DNA of 32,000 nt from contig NZ_CP019434.1 in NCBI RefSeq assembly GCF_001975725.1, forward strand, positions 2,775,322 to 2,807,321, written 5' to 3'. Of this stretch, positions 27,617 through 32,000 are shown in pieces. Made by a program: the position numbers and the translations under genes. Within the stretch, counting starts at the first letter, position 1, and every line of letters starts with the position of its first letter. The DNA is from Acidihalobacter ferrooxydans. Lineage in GTDB: Bacteria; Pseudomonadota; Gammaproteobacteria; DSM-5130; Acidihalobacteraceae. The notes beneath the pieces are model-generated. The model was not told the origin of the DNA. It ran no database searches and worked only from the letters and a program-made list of their open reading frames with translations.

Positions 27617-29335
27617 ATGCGCGTCTCCGCATTTCCCCTCTATACGCTGAAGGAAGTCCCGGCCGAAGCCGAAATCATCAGCCACCAGCTCATGCTGCGC
27701 GCCGGGCTCATTCGGCGCCTTGCCTCCGGCCTTTACACCTGGATGCCGCTGGGCCTGCGCGTGCTGCGCAAAGTCGAACGCATCGTGCGGGAAGAAATGG
27801 ATGCGGCCGGCGCCCTCGAAATCCTGATGCCCTGCGTACAACCGGCCGAACTGTGGCAGGAGTCCACCCGCTGGGAAAAGTACGGACCGGAACTGTTGCG
27901 CCTGAAAGACCGGCACGAACGCGAGTTCTGTTTTGGCCCGACCCATGAAGAAGTCATCACCGACATCGCCCGTCGCGAACTGCGCAGCTACAAGCAGTTG
28001 CCGGTCAGCTTCTACCAGATCCAGACCAAGTTCCGTGACGAAATCCGCCCCCGCTTCGGCGTCATGCGCGCACGCGAATTCATCATGAAGGATGCCTACT
28101 CCTTTCATCTCGACGACGCTTCACTGGATGAAACCTACCGGCGCATGTACCAGGCCTACAGCAACATATTCACGCGCTTCGGACTGGAATATCGCGCGGT
28201 ACAGGCCGATAACGGCGCTATCGGCGGCAACGCCTCGCACGAATTTCATGTTCTGGCCGAAACCGGCGAAGATGCTATCGCGTATTGCGCCGAAAGCGGA
28301 TTCGCGGCAAACATCGAGCAGGCCGAAGCCGTGCCCGATGTCGCGGAACGACCCGCCGCGCGCGAAGCGCTGCGCAAGGTCGACACCCCGCAGGCCAAGA
28401 CCATCCAGGCGCTGGTCGAGCAGTTCGACATCCCGGTCGAGCGCACCCTCAAGACGCTCATCGCCCACGCCAGTGAAGCCGCAGGCGGTGGCCTGATCGC
28501 CCTGATCGTGCGCGGCGACCATGAACTCAACACCATCAAGGCCGAGAAACTGCCCGAAGTGGCAACGCCATTGCGTTTTGCCGATGAAGCGGAAATCCGT
28601 GCGGCGGTCGGCGCCGGCCCCGGCTCGTTAGGCCCGATCGACCTGCCGATACCCTGCATCGTGGATCGCAGCGCAGCCCTGGTCGCCGACTTCGCTGCCG
28701 GCGCCAATATCGACCATGTGCACTACTTCGGCATCAACTGGGTGCGCGATCTGCCAATGCCGCAGATCGCCGACATCCGTAACGTGCGTGAAGCCGACCC
28801 GAGCCCGGACGGAGCGGGGCCACTGCGTATCGTGCGCGGCATCGAAGTCGGCCACATATTCAAACTCGGTCGCAACTACAGCGAAAAACTGCAAGCCAGC
28901 GTACTCGACGAGCAGGGCCAGCCGGCCAGCATGACCATGGGTTGCTACGGCATCGGCGTGTCGCGCGTGGTCGCCGCGGCCATCGAGCAGAATTACGATG
29001 AACGTGGCATCATCTGGCCGACGCCAATCGCCCCGTTCCAGATTGCTCTGGCGCCGATCAATATGCATAAATCCCAGCGTCTGCGCGACGCCGCCGAAGC
29101 GCTGTACGCGACGCTCACCACGGCAGGGTTCGAGGTGTTGTTCGATGACCGCGACGCGCGCCCCGGCGTCAAGTTCGCCGATCTCGAACTGATCGGCATC
29201 CCGCATCGCGTCGTCCTCGGCGAACGCGGACTGGACGCGGGCGAGGCGGAATACAAGGGGCGCCGCGACCAGGAGGCGCAGAACGTCCCCCTCGGCGAAT
29301 TGGTCGAATTCCTGCGTGAACGTTGTGCGGGCTGA
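27617..29335 (+). CDS. proS: Prolyl-tRNA synthetase (bacterial type with editing domain)
   Basis: [61 protein letters not shown]; [37 protein letters not shown]; [16 protein letters not shown]. Confidence 0.97.
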   Translation: MRVSAFPLYTLKEVPAEAEIISHQLMLRAGLIRRLASGLYTWMPLGLRVLRKVERIVREEMDAAGALEILMPCVQPAELWQESTRWEKYGPELLRLKDRHEREFCFGPTHEEVITDIARRELRSYKQLPVSFYQIQTKFRDEIRPRFGVMRAREFIMKDAYSFHLDDASLDETYRRMYQAYSNIFTRFGLEYRAVQADNGAIGGNASHEFHVLAETGEDAIAYCAESGFAANIEQAEAVPDVAERPAAREALRKVDTPQAKTIQALVEQFDIPVERTLKTLIAHASEAAGGGLIALIVRGDHELNTIKAEKLPEVATPLRFADEAEIRAAVGAGPGSLGPIDLPIPCIVDRSAALVADFAAGANIDHVHYFGINWVRDLPMPQIADIRNVREADPSPDGAGPLRIVRGIEVGHIFKLGRNYSEKLQASVLDEQGQPASMTMGCYGIGVSRVVAAAIEQNYDERGIIWPTPIAPFQIALAPINMHKSQRLRDAAEALYATLTTAGFEVLFDDRDARPGVKFADLELIGIPHRVVLGERGLDAGEAEYKGRRDQEAQNVPLGELVEFLRERCAG

Positions 29336-29341
29336 ACCCGA

Positions 29342-29629
29342 TCAATAGCGGATAGTGAAACCTTCGGCCGCTTCGAGCGGCGCGGATGCACACTCGACGG
29401 CGTCGACGCGCGCAAGATCCGGCCCCCGCGTCAACCAGTCACGCAACTGGTCCAAACTCCCCGCTGCGCCGCGCGCGTACACCTCTACCCGCCCATCGGG
29501 CAGGTTACGCGCATAGCCACAAAGACCCAGTGCGCTCGCCCGCGCACACGTGGCTGCGCGGAAGAATACGCCCTGTACGCGCCCGCGCACCAGGCAACGA
29601 ACCGCGACCTCATCCATGTACTGGCTCAT
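29342..29629 (-). CDS. acyP: Acylphosphatase
   Basis: RCLVRGRVQGVFFRAATCARASALGLCGYARNLPDGRVEVYARG. ATG 29629, overlapping the end of the YihY family gene by 20 nt. Confidence 0.92.
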   Translation of the reverse strand: MSQYMDEVAVRCLVRGRVQGVFFRAATCARASALGLCGYARNLPDGRVEVYARGAAGSLDQLRDWLTRGPDLARVDAVECASAPLEAAEGFTIRY

Positions 29630-30854
29630 CGTCGTGCGTCTGCCCGGCCAGCAAGACATCGAATGACACGTCCAGGCGCCGACTCGCATCGATCAGTGCT
29701 TCATTGATGCGCTGCCCGATCCAGCGATCCCAAACCTCACTGTCCACGCCGTGCGCACCCTTCAGATCAAGATCGAACCCGCCACCGCGGTAAAGTTCGC
29801 CGAGCGTCAGCTCGTGCAAATCACGTGACACCAACCAATCACCCTCAACCGATTGATGTGCGATATTCATGGTGGCCAGACGTTGCAGCATGTGCTCCAC
29901 CTGCGTTTGATCAAATGCCGGCTCCTTGAGATGCAGTGCCGTCAGGCTCAGCCCAACGCCCCGACGCTGGGCCTCGCCAAGACGCGCGATCAGGCGTACC
30001 GCCAACCATAACGAACGCGCCGCCTGCGCATCGGTAAACCGCTTGCGGTGACAATTGCCATCCAGGCAAGCCGTCACTTCGGCGCCAAACAGAACCATCA
30101 ACCAGGATAAATACAACCAGATCAGGAAAATCGGAATCGCCGAGAACACCCCGTAAATCAATTCGTAACTATTGAAATTGGAAACGTAAAACGCGAAACC
30201 ACGCTTGGCGAGTTCAAACAGCACCGCCGTCAACAGCCCTCCGATCAACACGGCCCGCAGGCGTACCCGCACACGCGGCACGAGCGCAAACAACATACTG
30301 AACGCGAGCGTTTCCAGAAACAGCGGAACCAGACTCAGCAAAAGCCAATCCAGGACATGCGCCGCACCGCCATAGACATGCGCCTTGTACACTGCGTAAA
30401 GGTACGTTGAGGCGACGATGCCGGAACCCAACAGGAGCGGCGCGAGCGTCAGCATAGCCCAGTACACGACGAGCATCATGGCCATTTTACGGCGACGATG
30501 CGCGCGCCAGATCCCGTTCAAAGCCGTATCGACTTCCTCCAGCACCAGAACCACATTGACGAACAACCACAGCGACCCAACTATAGTCAGCTTCGACGCC
30601 TTTTCGCTGAACTGCAACAGATACTGCTCTACATGCTCGCCCGACGCCGGCATCAACTGTCCCATCAGCAGATGGCGCAAATCACCGGTCATGGTCTGAA
30701 ACACCGGAAACAGGCTCAGCACGCCGAATACGACCGTCACCAGCGGCACCAGGGACAACAAGGAGGTGAAAGTCAGGCTCCCGGCTGCTTGCATGCAGCG
30801 GTCCTCGAAAAACCGCTTGATGACAACACGAAACAGATCCGCAAATGCGATCAG
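29610..30854 (-). CDS. YihY/virulence factor BrkB family inner membrane protein (start uncertain)
   Basis: MQAAGSLTFTSLLSLVPLVTVVFGVLSLFPVF...FLWRAHRRRK-like membrane regions and IYLSWLMVLFGAEVTACL. The ORF track start at 30935 is TTG and lies upstream of a strong terminator hairpin; CTG 30854 is only a tentative start. Confidence 0.8.
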   Translation of the reverse strand: MIAFADLFRVVIKRFFEDRCMQAAGSLTFTSLLSLVPLVTVVFGVLSLFPVFQTMTGDLRHLLMGQLMPASGEHVEQYLLQFSEKASKLTIVGSLWLFVNVVLVLEEVDTALNGIWRAHRRRKMAMMLVVYWAMLTLAPLLLGSGIVASTYLYAVYKAHVYGGAAHVLDWLLLSLVPLFLETLAFSMLFALVPRVRVRLRAVLIGGLLTAVLFELAKRGFAFYVSNFNSYELIYGVFSAIPIFLIWLYLSWLMVLFGAEVTACLDGNCHRKRFTDAQAARSLWLAVRLIARLGEAQRRGVGLSLTALHLKEPAFDQTQVEHMLQRLATMNIAHQSVEGDWLVSRDLHELTLGELYRGGGFDLDLKGAHGVDSEVWDRWIGQRINEALIDASRRLDVSFDVLLAGQTHDDEPVHG

Positions 30855-30869
30855 CGCGTTTTTTCCTGC

Positions 30870-30911
30870 TGCTGAAAAAGCGAAGGGGGCTACACGGCCC
30901 CCTTCGCTTTT
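30870..30911 (-). terminator. Rho-independent terminator for the LysM lipoprotein gene
   Basis: Perfect 15-bp stem AAAAGCGAAGGGGGC/GCCCCCTTCGCTTTT (30876-30890/30897-30911), loop 6 nt, ending in a T run on the minus strand, 43 nt beyond the gene stop. Confidence 0.85.
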
Positions 30912-30953
30912 GCCCGGATCAGTGGAATTGCGCAAGACAAACCATCCAGTTGA

Positions 30954-31739
30954 TTACTTACCCTGCATGAACTGCGAAGCGCTCTCATGCAGGTATTTCA
31001 GGTCGCTACCGGTCGGCTGCGTCAGCGTCCATGCACCACGATGCTTGGCGTGATAGATCGCCGCATCGATCTGTATCCGGGTCATTGAGCGGTTGATCGT
31101 AAATATCTGACCGGGGAAAATCAGATCAGGCGAGTGAATTTTCGACGCATTGGCCTTATAAATCAGCGGCCATTCATAGGGGTTGCCGTAAATTTTCTTC
31201 TTGCCGGAAATTGCCCAAAGAGTGTTGCCTTTGACCACCGTATATGTGCTCGGCAAGGCACGCTTCAATGCGGCCAGCATCTTCTTGGTCAGTTCATACA
31301 GCGGCTTGCCCTGCGATTCGCTGTAATACTGCTCGGCCTGTTTCAGCCGAGCGAGTTGACCTGCATTCATTGAACCTTTCATTTTCTGCAACTGTTGCAG
31401 ATTTGCCAGGCCCTTGCCTAAATAATACTGATTGATGCCAACCCCGGCTTCAGCCTTGGCCTTGTTGGCCAACTTGGTGGCCTGCTGATAGTCACCACCG
31501 GAGTAGGCCTTCTCGGCTTGCACGATCAAAGGCTGCGTCGTACTCAAGGCATAACCCTTGGCGTTTGCCTGCGCGTATGCAGACTTGGCCGCCGCAATCG
31601 CATGCGCCGCCGCTTCCTTGGCTGCGCTGTGCTGTACCGTCGGAACTTCGGTCTGCGAAGTGGTCGCACAACCGCCGGCAAGACCCAGCGAAACGGCAGC
31701 CCCCGTAATCAACACTATACGTGTCACACCGAACTTCAT
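30954..31739 (-). CDS. Lipoprotein with helical DUF4398-like region and C-terminal LysM domain
   Basis: Lipobox LGLAGGCATT, Ala/Lys-rich helical region, then TYTVVKGNTLWAISGKKKIYGNPYEWPLIYKANASKIHSPDLIFPGQIFTI (LysM). Confidence 0.85.
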   Translation of the reverse strand: MKFGVTRIVLITGAAVSLGLAGGCATTSQTEVPTVQHSAAKEAAAHAIAAAKSAYAQANAKGYALSTTQPLIVQAEKAYSGGDYQQATKLANKAKAEAGVGINQYYLGKGLANLQQLQKMKGSMNAGQLARLKQAEQYYSESQGKPLYELTKKMLAALKRALPSTYTVVKGNTLWAISGKKKIYGNPYEWPLIYKANASKIHSPDLIFPGQIFTINRSMTRIQIDAAIYHAKHRGAWTLTQPTGSDLKYLHESASQFMQGK

Positions 31740-31892
31740 AAGTTGTACTCCTCATGAACTCGTTCAGCAGAAAACTGCATTGTGCTTCCAGCACAACTGC
31801 TTGCCGGGCGCTTAATCAAGCGCCGCAGAACGCTTTCGAAGCTAGCACCCGACCTAAATACTGTCAAGAAACCCGCCGGACAGCCGTGCGCG

Positions 31893-32000
31893 TCACTGTG
31901 CGGTTTTCCTGGCCTTCAGCGCATCGTCGCGTGCGTGCTGCGCGGCCACCCTGGCCTGATCGGCGAGTTCGCGCGCAGACTGATACCCACCGACCTGAAG
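31893..32000 (-). CDS. C-terminal fragment of an Ala-rich helical protein, probably DUF4398-like, truncated by the window edge
   Basis: Minus-strand open frame LQVGGYQSARELADQARVAAQHARDDALKARKTAQ* running off the window end. Confidence 0.4.
   Translation of the reverse strand, partial: LQVGGYQSARELADQARVAAQHARDDALKARKTAQ

Noticed and set aside
1-32000. CRISPR arrays, tRNA, rRNA, retron/DGR-like repeats
   Set aside because: No regularly spaced repeats or recognisable cloverleaf, rRNA or reverse transcriptase sequences were seen by eye. A covariance-model scan would be needed to exclude small RNAs.

Overview
The window has two parts. Bases 1-3120 are accessory DNA. They hold a type II restriction-modification (R-M) module in which an XRE/C-protein-like helix-turn-helix is fused to a putative restriction endonuclease (308-1330 +). 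A convergent beta-class (SPPY) DNA methyltransferase (1316-2209 -) overlaps its 3' end. Both genes have matching C-box-like operators: a tandem pair upstream of the nuclease, and a single box over the -10 of a TTGACA-17-TACTAT promoter for the methyltransferase. The module is followed by a small coiled-coil/HTH gene. Two related attC-like hairpins bracket the block, and a 176-bp MITE-like element with 23-bp perfect inverted repeats lies next to the core region. Bases 3142-32000 are mostly ordinary gammaproteobacterial-type core genes: a DUF3501/CCG-domain Fe-S protein/rubrerythrin cluster, xseB-ispA-dxs, queD-folE2, dapA-bamC-MBL hydrolase, gcvR-like, bcp, phoH-like, an AI-2E transporter, a GATase-like protein, a LysR regulator, an RND efflux operon with TolC, proS, acylphosphatase, a YihY family protein and LysM lipoprotein genes. 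The main points for follow-up are the self-regulated C-R fusion circuit, the inverted-repeat element, the attC-like pair, a class I glutamine amidotransferase-like protein lacking its Cys and His catalytic residues, a palindrome upstream of a rubredoxin-less rubrerythrin, and a strong terminator hairpin inside the called YihY ORF. No rRNA, tRNA or CRISPR array was recognised. All family names come from reading motifs, not from database searches.
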